64,000 nucleotides of DNA. Origin: Gracilinanus agilis. Lineage: Eukaryota. A program made the position numbers and the translations under genes. Shown piece after piece: positions 1-37,171 of the stretch. Where the stretch lies: assembly GCF_016433145.1 (NCBI RefSeq), contig NC_058130.1:709507472-709571471 (forward strand). Direction: 5' to 3'. How positions within the stretch are numbered: position 1 is the first letter of the stretch; the number at the start of each line of letters is the position of its first letter. The notes under the pieces were generated by a model that saw only the letters and a program-made list of their open reading frames with translations, searched no databases and was not told the DNA's origin.

Positions 1-170
1 CCAAGCCCGCCCAAATTCAAACAGTCACCAACCAGGCCTCGTTTGTGTTCTCCGATTCCTATTGGCCTTCGGGCGCAACAGACGTACAAAAAAGCCAATC
101 GTTACTGAGCATCTGACCTCGCTTTTCTCGCAGAAGGGCGCGTCTGTTCTAGTTGCGCATGCGCGAATGG
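1..170 (-). promoter_or_regulatory. CpG-rich cell-cycle-type promoter, probably of SPC24 (transcribed leftwards out of the window)
   Basis: CHR-like TTTGAA on the minus strand (16-21) next to a GC box (6-12). CCAAT boxes at 61-65 (ATTGG) and 95-99, 34 bp apart. NRF1-like TGCGCATGCGC at 154-164. The SPC24 assignment rests only on human synteny (SPC24-KANK2-DOCK6, all on the same strand). Confidence 0.65.
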
Positions 171-362
171 TCTCACCAGTTGCCAAGAATGGTTAGTCCT
201 GTGCTGTTGTGTGCTACTTGTGCCTTTGTCTGTAAGGTAGTCCTTCTTTTTGGGGGACCTCCTGTTACCTGCCTAACTAAATACCCTGACTGCTTTCGCG
301 AAGGAAAATAAGCCTCTCTGCCCTCGAATTTATAGAATTTAAGTCTCCACAAGGGTTTGGAC

Positions 363-533
363 NNNNNNNNNNNNNNNNNNNNNNNNNNNNNNNNNNNNNN
401 NNNNNNNNNNNNNNNNNNNNNNNNNNNNNNNNNNNNNNNNNNNNNNNNNNNNNNNNNNNNNNNNNNNNNNNNNNNNNNNNNNNNNNNNNNNNNNNNNNNN
501 NNNNNNNNNNNNNNNNNNNNNNNNNNNNNNNNN
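363..533. other. Assembly gap (N run)
   Basis: 171 Ns. Confidence 1.
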
Positions 534-704
534 TTCCCTTATTAGACCATATAACCTATTGGTTTTTTGCCTCCCCTTATAAAATCTTACTTTTCATTAT
601 TTTTCAATTGAACCCTCAGTTCTCTCCCAGGTCAGCTCCACTCTCTTTGACCCCATCTTGACCCTTTGGTAAGCCAATTCAGTTCTACACATTTCTCTGA
701 AATA

Positions 705-1420
705 ATAACTATTCTGGAGTCATGTCCAAAGACCTATGAAACTACATCCTCTTTGACCCTGCGATACCACTACTAAGTCTGTATCCCAAAGAGATCAGAG
801 ATAAGGGAAGATGATCCACCTGTACAAAAATATTTTTAGCAGCTCTTTTTGTAATGGCAAAGAACTGGAAACTGAGTGGGTGTCCTTCAATTAGGGAATG
901 ACTAAACAAGTTGTGGGATATGGTGGTAAAGGAATACTATTGTGCATAAGAAATGACAAACAGGATGAATTCAGAAAAACCTGAAAAGACTTATACAAAC
1001 TGATGCAAAGTGAAGTGAGCAAATTTTGTATATAATAACAAATATAGTACAATGATTAACTGTGAAATACTAAACTATTATAAAATTTCCAAGGCATCTG
1101 CCAGGGACTCAGATGAAAACTGCTATCCATAGCCAAAGAAGGAACAGTTTGGAAATCGAAGCATGCCATCTTCTACTTTATTTCCTTCATGAGTTTTTTT
1201 AAATTGTATGTGTGATATGTGTCTTCTGTCATAGTATAAGCAATATGGAAATGTGTATTGCTGGTCTAACCATGAAAGTACTGGTCTAACCTTTATCAGA
1301 CTATTTACCACCTTGTGGGGTAAAAGGAGGGGGAGGGAGAGAATCTGAATCATAAAATGTCAGAAAATAATTGTCAAAATTTGTTTCTATATGTAATTGA
1401 AAAAAAATTTAATTTAAAAA
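705..1420 (+). mobile_element. LINE-1 3' fragment (ORF2 C-terminus plus 3'UTR and A-rich tail), decayed
   Basis: Typical L1 ORF2 3' sequence (ctttgaccctgcgataccactactaagtctgtatcccaaagag; gcagctctttttgtaatggcaaagaactggaaac) ending in an A/T-rich tail. Boundaries approximate. Confidence 0.8.
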
Positions 1421-1449
1421 ATTCTACATAGTTCCTAGCTCCCTTCCTC

Positions 1450-4400
1450 CACCCCATCCCCATCATATGAGGGATTATGCCTAGTCAAGTCTCAGCCTTT
1501 ATTTCTATATGTGTGCTGCTAAACAAAGGTGGAGAAAATCTTGCAACCATTCTGATTAGATTTATTACAATTATATGTTACATAACCTCATTTGGGCCCT
1601 CACTGTTGCTAGGCAACCATACTATACCCTTTCTTATCAGTTCGTTAGCTCACTCTTCATAGCAGCTCTTCTAAACCTCATCCCTCCTCAAATTTCCTAT
1701 GGCATGGCCTCTGCCTTTTTAATCTGAGAACCTTGCCTCATATTTAACAGAACAAATCAAGACTATTTGCTATTAACTCCCTATTTCCTTTGGGACTCTT
1801 TCTTATTGCCTATCTGCCACTATCTTCTCTTTCACCCTTGTCTCATATTTCTTCTAATCAAGGCTAATCCTTCTACTTGTGATCCCATTCCATTCAGTCT
1901 TCTCTTACACCTTGCCCCCCCTCTATCATCCCTCCCCACTCTCACTTATTTTCAATCTCTCCCTCCTTCTACTAGCTCATTCCTTACTGCTTACAAACAG
2001 GCACGTCTTCCTCCAACATAAGAAAACCTCACTTTGATTTGTCCATCTTTGCTAACTATAGTCTTATGTCTCTTTTGCTCTTTGTAGTTAAATTCATCAC
2101 AAAATCTATCTATAACACATCTTCATTTTTTCTCCTCTTTCTTCTTAATCCTTTACTAACCAATTTCTGACCTCAAAATTCCACCAAAACTGCTCTCCCC
2201 AAAGTAACCAATGATCTCTTAATAACTCCAATGGACTTTTCTCAATCCTCATTCTCCTTGACCTTTCTTTAGCCTTTGACACTATTGATCACCCTCTCCT
2301 CCTTGATTCTCTCTTCTCTCTTGGTTCCATCTCTCCTGGTTCTTCTCCTACCTATAACACTGTTCTTCTCAGTTTCCTTTGTTGGAGTCTCCTCCAGATC
2401 ATGTCCTCTAACCATCGGAGCCACTCTCAGGATCCTGTCTTCACTCTATATTATTTTGCTTGGTGATCTCATCAGCTCCCATTGACTTAGTATGTCTATG
2501 CAGATGATTCTTAAATCTGTCTATCCTGTCATAACCTCTCCTGACCTTCACTCATCCCTCTTCAATTTCATTTCAGATATCCTGAATATCCAGTAGATGT
2601 CTTAAACATATCTAAAACAAAACTCATCATTCCCACCCCCCCCAAATTCTTCCCCACTCCTAACTTTCCTATTATTGCAGAGGGAAGCCCTATCCTCACA
2701 GTCCCTCAGATTTCCAACATAGGTACCATTCTCAACTTATTATCTTTCACCCCACCGTATCAATTCATCCCAAGGTCTGCCAGTTTTACCATATGTAAGG
2801 ACCAGAATGTAAGGGGTAAAAATAAAAGCGTTTGACTAAATTTATAAGAGTGTAAATTGCCAGGAATTATTACTCAATTCCAAATGATTTTTTATGATAG
2901 TTTATTTACAAAAGGAGAGAGAATGAAGGTAAGAAAATCAGAGAGAGTAGATATTTACTCTGGCCCTGTCCAAACCAGGGCTTAAGAGGCCTGAGCAAAA
3001 GGGACCCAGAGGTAAATTAAACAAGAGAATGACACTCCCCTTTTACACAAAAATCTAGTTCTTTTTTCTCTCTTACAGTTTGGCAACTTCCTACAGTAGT
3101 ACTGGCTGTCAATGGGTAAGTGCAATATTGCTGCATTTTGTCCTACAAACTAGAGGGACAGAAATTGCTTTGATTGGACCCTAATGCAAGGGCCTGTTAT
3201 GATTTTATTCTTGTTTACTCAGAAAATTTTATATACATAGATTTTTGACATTTTGACTCTGATTTTTAATTTTTTCTTTCTCCCAAAGTTTAATTTTTCT
3301 TCTATTTATTTTTCTTTTTATGTTTTTGGCTTTTCTTTTGATAATTGGCTCATACACCCCATAACTCAACCATGTATCCTGAGTTGATCTGGGTGTTGGT
3401 CAACACCCTCCTCAGAGAGGATTGTATTATATTTTCATAAAATCCACAATTTAAAATTTTGTTTGAGAAAAATTTCAGGGAAAGAAGTCTGCTAATTCCT
3501 TGAATCCAGAGGATGAACTATTTGGAGAAAGATGACTGCAGAAACCTATACTGCAACAAGAAGATCCAGAATGAACTTTGGGGTGCAATTGATTGAACTG
3601 AAGGGGTTGAACACATTTATTTTGAATGTAAACCTTTTTGCCAAAGGGGACTGCCCCCTAATTGGCTTTTTGCCAATGCACCTAGCAAACATTGGTTTTG
3701 CTTTCTCTCTCTTCTATTTCTCTCTTATCTAACTATTGTAGTTTCCTCTTAGAAAGTGCAATTTTGTATGCACCTGTAGTTAGAAGATTTTTAGGGATAC
3801 AAGATGATTATGTCAAATGATCAATTGGGGAGACTGGTCTCCCAAATGATCATAGGGGGATTGTGAAGATGGGATTAACTCTCCCCTGCCCATTTTTAGA
3901 TTTAATCACCAGAAGCATATACACTCCACTTATCCTTAAGTGGGTGAGGTCTGTGACCCACGTGTGCAATTATGGGTGATGAATCAGAATCAACTGACTG
4001 CCCCCTGGGCTGTCCTAAGCAAAGCTTTAGTTGTAATTGATCCAGGTAAAGTGGAAGAAAGGCACAGTAAGGGATGAAAGGAATGGTCTTTTCCTTTTAC
4101 TCCCAAATTATTGTAATTTATAAGTTGGTTATGTTTTTTGGGGAGAGTAGTCTTCCAAAAGATCTCAGGGGAGATTGTGTCATTTGAATCTGTTACCTTA
4201 AAAACTATGATCTCTAGCAAAACTACTATTCCCAGCATCCTATTCACTTCCTATCGTTACATGCTGATGTAGACAGGATATAAATTGGGTGGAGTTCCAT
4301 GTCTACGTCTCTTTTTCCTTCCTGTTGGTGGCTTTGGTGGAGCAGGCATTTTGAGCAGCTAGAAAACTTCGTCCTGTGGATCTATTTTGTCAGATAATAA

Positions 4401-5110
4401 ACTTTTATAAAATAATACTTCAAGTATTCACATTAATTTAACTCTTACACATTGAAACATCTCTTGTATACTCTTCTTTCTTCTGACACTGCCATCACTT
4501 TGGTATAGGCTCTCATCACCTCGTGCTTTGGTTACTCCAATAATCTACTGGTGGGTCTCCCTGCCTTAAGTCTCATCCCACTCCAATCTATCCTTCATTC
4601 AGCCACCAAAGTGATTCTCTTACAGCTCAAGTACAATGTCACTTCTCCTATTCATCAAATACATAATTCTCTGGCAAATTCAAAGCCCTTCATAACTTAA
4701 CTTCTCCTACCTTTCTAGTCTTTACACCATAGGCCCCCCTGATTCATACCCTTTTGATCCAGTGACATCTGTCTCCTGGTTGTTGCATGAACAAGACACT
4801 CCTAGCTTTTGGTTGTAGGCATTTTCTCTGGCTATGTCCCATGCCTAGAAAGCTCTTCCCTCCTCAATTCTGCCTACTGACTTCTCTAGTTTTAAGTTTC
4901 AACTAAATTCCCATCTTTTACAGAAAGCCTTTCTCAATCCACCTTAATTTTAGTGCCTTCCCTCTGCTAATTATTTCCTATTTGTTCTATATATAGCTTG
5001 TATATTGGTTTGCATGTTGTCTCCCCCATTGGATTGTAAACTTCTTGAGGACAGGGACTGTCTTTTGCCTCTTTTACCTGATACATAGTAGGTGCTTAAT
5101 ATTTATTGAC
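1450..5110 (+). mobile_element. LINE-2 relic split by an LTR-like insertion (L2 parts about 1450-2790 and 4449-5110)
   Basis: RT-like LGDLISSH near 2460. L2 3' end tagtaggtgcttaat at about 5087. L2 sequence resumes at 4449 after the insert. Confidence 0.7.
2794..4448. mobile_element. LTR/ERV-derived cluster (probably nested LTRs)
   Basis: Termini TGTAAG (2794) and CTTACA (4448) are inverted repeats with near-duplicated cata/catt flanks. A second TGTAAG...CTTACA unit spans 2808-3078. Family not identified. Confidence 0.5.
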
Positions 5111-6555
5111 AGAATATTCTTCTCTCTTTTCTTTAACCCTTACCTTCTATCTTAGAATTGATACAGAGTATTGCTTCCAAGGCAGAGAGTGGTAAGGGCT
5201 AAGCAATGGGGGTTAAGTGACTTGCCCAAGGTCACATAGCTAGGAAGTATCTGAGGTCAGATTTGAACCCAGGATTTCCCATCTCTAGGCCTGGTTCTCA
5301 ATCCACTGATCCACTGAGCTGCCCCTCTCTGTTTGGCTTTACCAACCCTTCATAACCTTGTTCTTCCTACCTTTCCAGTCTTCTTACACCTTGCTCTCCT
5401 TCACATACTCATATCAATGACACTGGTTTCCTGGTGTACCATACATAAGACACTCCACTTGCAAATTTGGTGCATTTATATTGACTACCCCCCATGCCTA
5501 GAATGCTTGTCCTGATTTTCTCCACCTCCTGACTGCCTTCAAATCCTAGTTAAATTTTCACACCCTGCAAGTCTTTTCCCAGTTACCCTTACTGCTAGTG
5601 CCTAAAATTACCTACAAGTTATTCTGTAAAAATCTTATTTGTACATAGCTGTTTGCACAATTTCTCCTATTAGATTGTGAGATCCTTGAGAGTAGGGGCT
5701 GCTTTTGTTTTCTATTCCCTTAGTCTCAGATAAGATACTCCTGTAACTGTGCTTTTCCACCATGTCTGGAATATTCTCCCTCCTCACCTCTCCATATTTG
5801 AATCTAAACCTTTCTTCAAGGCTCAGCTCAAGTGCCACATCTGTTTACGAGAGATCTTTCTTGACCTCCCAGCTGTAAGATATTTCTCCCTCTTCAAATT
5901 ATCTTGCATTTACTAAACAAATCCCTCCCTGGTAAGCTCAGACACAGCTCAGACAAGCCCCACTCTTGTACATAGCAGAGTTGGGTTCCTTCCTATTCTG
6001 AAATTCCAAGATCTTTTTAGCTCACAGCTTATACACTATACCTACTGGTCACTTCCCTTCTTCCTCTCTGCTCCTTACTACTTGTATGACCTTGGGCAAC
6101 TCACTCCCTCTTTGGGCTTTAATTTCCCCATCCCCAAAATTAGGTTGAATGATGATATATCCTTATAACCAACAAATTATCTGGTTACAATAAGAACTTG
6201 CAACAACATTGCAATTAAGTGAAAGTAAGTAGCTCAAGGGAACAACCTCTTAGGGATTTACTAAACTGAGGCTCTTCTAGGAAAGAGAGAGTGAAGCCAG
6301 CCAGACCCCTGATGTTCCTAGGCTGTATTTAGAGAATGAAATGCCCAAAGTTGCATGAACCAAAGGAAATACCCACACAGAGGGATATGGGTTTTTAGAA
6401 GTTTCAGCCCTTAATTGCTCTTCTATGTTTGACTCTGAGCAACAGGGATGTAAATTGTCAGTCATTTTTACCACCCTATCTAGGATTTTGGAATTCACAA
6501 GGGATGGGGGGAGAGGGGAGGGGAAAATCACATATACACAGTAACTTTGGATAGC

Positions 6556-8893
6556 TTTATTCATTTACTTTTTTTAAGATTATAAAATGAATACTTCATT
6601 TAAGTGTAATACTGTCTTATGGAAATACCAATGCAGGAGAGTGAGAACAGACCCATGTATATAACTGATTGCAGGAACAAAAAACCAAAATGCCAACCCC
6701 CATAGCATTCTGGGCCAAGCCAGTTGTATGGGACTGTACAAAACAGATAAATATGGACCTATCTGGGGAGTGGCACATGCTCCAAGACAAGTGTCTGCCA
6801 TCTCTAAGAGTTTAAAACAAACATGTGGGCACAAACACACACAAACACAAATACACAAAAAACACATGCACACACTGACATGTACCGCTTCTCAAGCGAG
6901 AACCAGGGTCCTTCATCTTTGTTAGACATCCATCAAGGCACAGCAACACCAGACCAGAGTCAGGTTCCCCCTACCACTCCTTTTCAGTTTTAATGTTAAA
7001 AGCCAAGCAAAGACCAAATCCTTTCCTAGCGTCTTGCACATAGCAATAGAGAATTTGTTAACCTCCTGTTTAAACATGGTCAGTTTGAAATCCCAACAAC
7101 CATGGTTAGATCCAGCAGAGAAGCTCTGATCCTGGGAGAAAGGCCAACATTTCTGGGCAATTTAGTTACTTTCTTTACTATGCTGTGTTTAAAAAAAGAA
7201 AAGAAAAGAAAAGAAAAATCCAGACTAGCAGAGATTTCTGTCCTCAGATCTCTCAATCCCAAGATAATGAAACAACTTAACCCAAATTGGCTGTGGCAAA
7301 TGGTGGGATATACCCTTGGCTGGGGTTTCATCTACTATGCACTAGGCACAATCATAGGTGAGGAATTTGTTTCCTGGCTTAAGGCTTTTCTTCTCTGGGC
7401 TCACCAAGGAAGAAAGAAAGGGAAGATGTAGCTTGTAGTTCTAGAGACAGGAGAAATGGTAGAGGAGTGTGTATTTTCCCCAAACCTGGTTTCCTCAGAT
7501 TTCTTTTACCCCAGTCACAAAGAAAGGAGTAGGGTTTTTGAAAAGCTAATAAATCTGTCTTTCCAAATGACCTGGCTGGTATGCAGGATTGCTAACCTGA
7601 TGCCTTCAGGAGCTTCCAAAACACTGAGTCCATGTACCAGAGAGAAGCCTGGGATCACTAGTCACACCCAAACACTGACCAGTACACCTGAGAACAGCCT
7701 CTCTGCCCCTAGGGCATCATTCTTCACTTGATACTCACCCACTCTTATCTTTCTGCCTTTCTAGTGAGGTATCTGTGACTTGGGCCTTGTCACTGGATCT
7801 AATCATCCATAAAACTGTCAGGTTGGACAAGCTGACCTTGAAGGTCTCCTGCCCAGTGCCCTAAGGAATGGAGTACTATGCTTAGATGCCCAGCTCTGCC
7901 AGCACCTCTCTCCACTCTCTTTCTCCCTTGCAGAGTTCTGCCACATTCCAGCGGCCCTGAAGCTCCTATTGTCTTAGTCTTTAGTGGGATCCTGGGCTTG
8001 TCTTCCGGGTCTGATAGGGAAATGGCAAAAAGGACTGAGAGAAAAGGATCAAATTCTTCCTCCCAGTCTGATACAGACTGACTCTGCTATGCTTGGCATA
8101 AAAATATAGATACGAAAAGAAGATTGTAAAACACCTCTAAGGACTGAGCAGAATGGTGTACAGGCCACAGGCATTCAGGCAGAAGGAATGCCAGCCAGAC
8201 GTGCAAAATCCCATTTTTAAACCATGCACAACTTCATAAAACCCTAATATAAAGCTCAAGCTTAATCCCTAATATGAAATTCAGGCTTTAACATAGTGCT
8301 TTCCCCCCCCCTTCCTTATTTAAAAAACAAAAAAAAATAATCTTTCACAACTTCCTTGAACATCTCACTTATTTCAAGCTTATTTCTCTGAAAGAGGCCT
8401 TCCTCACAGCTTTATATAAAACTCCATTGCCTCTTGTGCCCGTGGGGCTGGTTTCTGGGGGTAACACCCTATGCCCAGGCCTAGGTTCTCTCCTGCTTAA
8501 CTCATGCATAGTGGGAGCAGAACTCAGTTTCAATCCACAGACATTTTTGCTTTGGCTTAGGCTTACAAGTTTTGGGGGGGAAATATAGGAAAAAAGCATT
8601 AAGAATTGCAAACTCTTCCACTTGGCACCGTGTTCTTCCTTGGTGACTGAAGCAGGTTTCCAAAGAGTCCAATTTCTCTTTGGACATGGGCCTTAAGGAG
8701 CCCAAGCCAAGCAGTCAGAGATAAAGGACAAGATGGGAAGAGGTGGTTCAGGATTCTTTCAGTGCTAGCTTTCCACCCTAAGGGTGGACAAGCATCCCAA
8801 GTGTTTCTTCCTCCTCATCCCTTCTTCCCCTCTGATGGATAGGTAACAGCAGATGCTGTGTGTCCTCTGTCCTACTAGCAGGTCCTATTGCTT
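6556..8893 (-). other. KANK2: KANK2 3'UTR with poly(A) signal
   Basis: AATAAA on the minus strand at 6556-6561, followed by a GU-rich element (GTTACTGTGTATATGTGATTTT). The 2.3 kb region lacks the young SINEs that are dense on both sides. Confidence 0.75.
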
Positions 8894-32372
<23,479 letters not shown>

Positions 32373-32593
32373 CTCTTCTCGTTCAGCCTCCCCTCCTCAG
32401 AGGTCACCAGCGTAATGTGGAGTCACACTCTGGTCCCGAGAGCCTCCTAGGGAAAGGGACACACCGTGGGGACTCAGAGACCGTGAGTGTCCCTTGGGCA
32501 GAGGCTGGCAGCACACTCGCCCTGCCTGACGAGGGTCACTTGACATTCTTCCCATGCCTTTGATTCCCTTCTTTCCTTTCAGGACAATCACGA

Positions 32594-32596
<3 letters not shown>

Positions 32597-32662
<66 letters not shown>
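32597..32662. repeat. (GT)33 microsatellite
   Basis: Perfect dinucleotide run about 150 bp upstream of the start-exon acceptor. Confidence 0.98.
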
Positions 32663-32665
<3 letters not shown>

Positions 32666-33460
32666 AACCCTGCCTCAAAACAGACCTGCCTGGGTTGGAT
32701 GGGGGGAGGGAGGCTACTCAGCATCACCTCCACCTGGCAGCAGGTCCATCAGATAGCTTGATCAGTCTGTGTGTAGGCGCAGAGAAGGCAAGCGAGCACT
32801 GATTCTGGGGCACAGGAGGCTGAAAATGTGGAGGAGATTCTTTATCCTGAACCTTTAGAGGCATTAACAGAAATAATGTCAAATAGTCTGAGCTATGTGT
32901 TAGGTCAGAGGGACAGGTGGGGAGTCCTGTAAAGAGCTGGGGGGTAAACTAGGGAAGAGTAGAGGGCTTGGACTAGAATCTTGTCCCTGATACGTGCTAG
33001 CTGTATGACCTTGGGCAAGTCACTTCCCTCCTTCAGATCTCAGTTTCCGAGTCAGTCAAAATGGGGGAGTTCAACCAGATGATCTCTAAAATCTTTTCAA
33101 GTCCTAAATCCTATGATCCTGGGGGCTGCCTAGGAATGGCTGGGTTGGGTTGGTGGAGGGAAACTTGGCACAGGGTAGGGGGGATGCATGTGTCGGGTTT
33201 CACAGGGTACTGATGAGTAGAAGGATGTTCCTGATCCCATCTAATCTGAAGAGGAATATTCCAACAGCTGGCCCGATAAGCCCATCCTGGTGGTTTGGCC
33301 CTAAAACTTGTTTTCCATAGGACTCCTGGCCTCAGTGTTTGTTCTGGCTTAAATGGGACAGATCAGGCTGGGCATGGGGACACAAGAAGTAAATAAGAGG
33401 CAGATGAACAAGCAGCTCTTCCCCCCTCCCCACTCTGAAACATATCACTCACACACTCAT

Positions 33461-33461
<1 letters not shown>

Positions 33462-33499
<38 letters not shown>
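33462..33499. repeat. (CA)19 microsatellite
   Basis: Direct read. Confidence 0.97.
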
Positions 33500-33500
<1 letters not shown>

Positions 33501-34138
33501 TCCGTGGGGAAGAGGATCTCGCCAAAGAAACACAAACTGCCCGGCCGGCCAGTCCTCCCTGCTTCTACCTCCCTCCAATCTGTCCTGTACAGCCTTTCTT
33601 GGATGGCCTCCAGTTGTTCCCATAATACTCATCCACCCCACTCTGTTCAGGTCCAGCTATCTCCCCCTGCCCCCATCCCCAGGCAAGGGCCTCCTCCTTC
33701 TCTCTGAGAGATGCCCATCTATGGGGAAGCATCTCATGTTGCCCTTCTCCCTGCCCAGCCCCTAAAATACTCCCCTGGGTTGCTCCCCACCCCACAATCT
33801 GAGCCATGCCTGATCCTGCCCCTCCACGGAACACTGGAGTCCCCAATGTGTCCTTTGAGGGGTCTGGGAGGCACCCTTACTGCTGTCAGGGGGCAGTTGG
33901 GGATGTCCTGGGAAGGCAGCGGTGGCAGTGAAGGGGGGCAAGTGGACACCGAGATGGGGCATTTTTTTTTTGTTTATTCTCACAGGAGGATAAGAAGACA
34001 GGGAGATGGAGAGATGGGATACCAGGCCTGGGGAGGCAAAGACCCAGAAAGACATATGCACAGACGAGGCAGAATCCCAGGAGAAGGGGGCTGAAGAAAG
34101 CAGCGTGCAGGGCGGCCAGCAGGCAGGACAGAAGTGAG

Positions 34139-34204
34139 GGAATGAGGGGGAGAAGGAATGAGGCCTTTCCCCTATATGGAAACAATTTTCTCTAAAAATA
34201 AACA
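34139..34204. promoter_or_regulatory. Candidate muscle/mechano-responsive enhancer (TEAD x2, CArG-like, MEF2, FOX)
   Basis: GGAATG at 34139 and 34155; CCCTATATGG at 34170-34179; CTAAAAATAA at 34192-34201; TAAACA at 34199-34204. Confidence 0.45.
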
Positions 34205-37171
34205 GTTTTGCTGCCTCGGCTACATGAGAACTTCCTGCCACCACAGAACAAGTCTTGGCTCAGGGCTCAGCCACACCCACCCCAGGGGAAAGCAGGGACT
34301 GGGGGGCTCGGTGGGCGGGCAGCAGGGGAGAGGAGAGGAGACATAAATTGGGAGGAGGGAAGGAAAGGAAGGAGGAGAAGGAAAACTTGGGCCATGGGTG
34401 GAAAAAGGCTTTTCAGAAGCTTGGTCCTTGGCCCTTGGCCCAGGCCAGTGTCCTTCTGGCCAGAGCCAGTTCCTGGGACCCGGAGGCCACGGTGCCCTGA
34501 GAGGTCACTGGAGGGGCCACCCCCTCCCACCTCTTGTGCTTAGATCAGGCCGACTGCTCAGGCCTGGCAGTGGGGGGGCAGGGCTCCCTTGACCTTGCTC
34601 TGGGCACTCTCACACTCCCTTCCTGAGATTGCTCTAAATGCCTGTGGCTTTGGGACAAGGCACAGATTTGCTGGTAGAAAAAGCTTTGGTCTCCTGCAGA
34701 GGTTTACTCCAATTTCCTGATATCCAGCCCCTGGAACCCAGGTCTGCACAGTGCAGGCCCATACCTGGAACAGAAGGGCAAGGCAGACAGACATGGGGGG
34801 CTGGGGCCGGGGCTCCTCTCTCCTCGGACAGTCTCTCTCTCCGAGTCGCTTTGTCTCTCCACGTCTTTCTGGCAATTTCTCTCTCTCTCTGACTCTCTGT
34901 CTACATCCTCCAGTCCCTCTTGTCCCTGGAACACAGAGGACCAGATTGTTTCCGCTTCCACCAAATTCCCCACCATTTGGGGGGCTAGAGAAGAAGCGTT
35001 GGTCTGCCTCTCCTGCCTTCCTGCCCTTCCTTCCCTCATCTCAAGTCCCCAATGGGAAATCAAGGCTGGGAGAGACCCTGGGTGATGGGACAAAGACTGA
35101 GAACTCCAGGGTCCCAGCAAGCTTTCCCTTCCCCCACCTAGTGGCCAGTGACTCAGACCCCCAGATGTACAGTGTGATGGGAACAGAAACCAGATGTTGG
35201 AGGGGGAGGGGGCTTGGAGGAGCCAAAGGGAGGGGGCCTAAAGGCAAGGCCAAGCGTCTGATGTATAGGACCATGATTTCCTGCCCTACCCCAATGGATA
35301 TGGGAAGAGACTGAGCCAGGGCAGATGGGGGTGGGATGGAAAGGGAAGGAGGGAGAGAGGGAGTCAGAACTCTCCTTCAGAGCCCTGGGTCGTACAGACA
35401 CAGAGCCACACACAGGATAGCAAGCGGAGAAGAGAGACACTCTGGGGGCGAGAGACAAACAGAGAATTAAGGAAAGGAGGGGCAGGAGCTAGGGGCTCAG
35501 GGGGAGGAAATCTCCTGCAGGGGCCTGAAAGCACCAATTGTCCAGTTCCCCGTCCCGCCCGCCCCCTCCCTCAATGGGGTCATTCAGTCTGAGCCGGACA
35601 CCCCGCCCCAGAACTGCTGGACACCCCCTCCCCAGGCCAAGGTTCCCTTTTTCCAGTCCAATGTTCCCTGCCTGCCCCGGACACTCTCCCAAACTGTGAC
35701 TAAGCCTCCCCTCACCCCCCCATCACTGGACACTCCCTCTCTGGCCAGACACTTCTTCCTACTAGATCCCCCTTCCCTCATCAGAGCCCCTCCCTAGCGA
35801 AATGTTACTTGACTATACTACCTGGAATGGACACCCCCTCTGAGGACCAAGATAGTCCTTTCCCAGCAGGATCCCCCTTCTCTAACCCCCACACTCCCTT
35901 CCTGGGGAGATAACCCTTTCCCCAGCCCAAATACTACTTGTTCAGCAGAATACCCCTTTCCCTACCCCATTCCTGGCCAGATGCCCCATTACCTGGGCAT
36001 GGGTAGCCCCTTCCTGCTGAATAGTCTTCCCTCAGGCCCCCAAACCCATTCCTTGGCTCAGACATCAGCTTTCCTGGTTTGGCTCACCCTCCCTGGACAT
36101 GGATACCCTCTTGGGCAAGAAGCCCTCTCTCTAGCCCTGGACAGCCATATGCCCTCTCTCTGGCATGAACCTTGCCCCAAAAAGAGACAGGCACCGGGGT
36201 TCATTCTATCCTACTTCCTGGCAGGGTGCCACCTGAACTTTTCAGAAGGACTCTCCTGGATTCCCACCCCTCTTGGTCTGCGGCTGAACTGGAGTGCAGA
36301 GATAAGGGAGAAAGGCAGATTGTGGGCTTGAGATTAGAACACCAGAATTCAGTTCTCAAAGTCACAAGACAGTTTCTTCTTCCCCGTTTCCCTCCCTTGG
36401 ATGTCAAGCCCTCTCTGGGTCTCAAGCTGGTTCCTTCCTTAGGGACCAGGCTGCTAGGGAGAGGGAGCTTTATACTGTGTGCTAAGGGGACCCTGCCTCT
36501 GTTCCTTTTCCACCCCCCAGCTGCCAGGGCCCTGAGGGAATCCAAACCTGGCCAAGTTAGGAGAGAAAGAAGAGAAGCTGAGCCTCATGGGTAGCATGAG
36601 GGGATTGGGCAGGGGACTGAGCAAGGCTTGAGTAGGGACAACCAGGGGCTATGAGACAGGATGGGGTTTCAGGGCCTCCTAACCAGCCCCAGCTAATAGC
36701 AAACAGCTGGATCTTACTCCCTCCCCAATTCCGGCCCCAGCCCAGCCCAGGCCACAGGGAGGCTTCCGACCTCATCACTGCCTCCTAGCCCTTCATATTC
36801 CAATTTCTCTGCTCTGGGCAGAGCGACTGGCTCTTGGAGTAACGGTTCACCCATCCAAAGGACCTAAATCTGGGTGAAAGAGAGACAGAAAGTTGGAAAG
36901 GAGAGACAATCAGAGCCACAGGGGAATAGGGAGCCAAGAAAGAGAAACAGGCGGGTCCCAGAGCCGCTGAGGCAAATGTGTGAGACACGCAATGAGAGAG
37001 AGACGAGACAGACAGAGAAACTTGTAAAAGTAGGGGACAAGGCGAGCCAGAGGCAGAACGGGGCAGAGAAAAAGATGGAGAGGAGGGACAGGCGGAGACA
37101 CACCAGATTTAGCCGCTGGGACCTTGCCCTGGGCTCCAGATGTTTCCCGTTCCTTTCTCCCGCCCCAGTAC

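Noticed and set aside
6935-6941. miR-124 7-mer seed site in the KANK2 3'UTR
   Set aside because: A single 7-mer in 2.3 kb is expected by chance without conservation data.
32397-33707. His-Thr and Val-Cys repeat ORFs
   Set aside because: Translations of (CA)n/(GT)n microsatellites; the same applies near 43130 and 48100.
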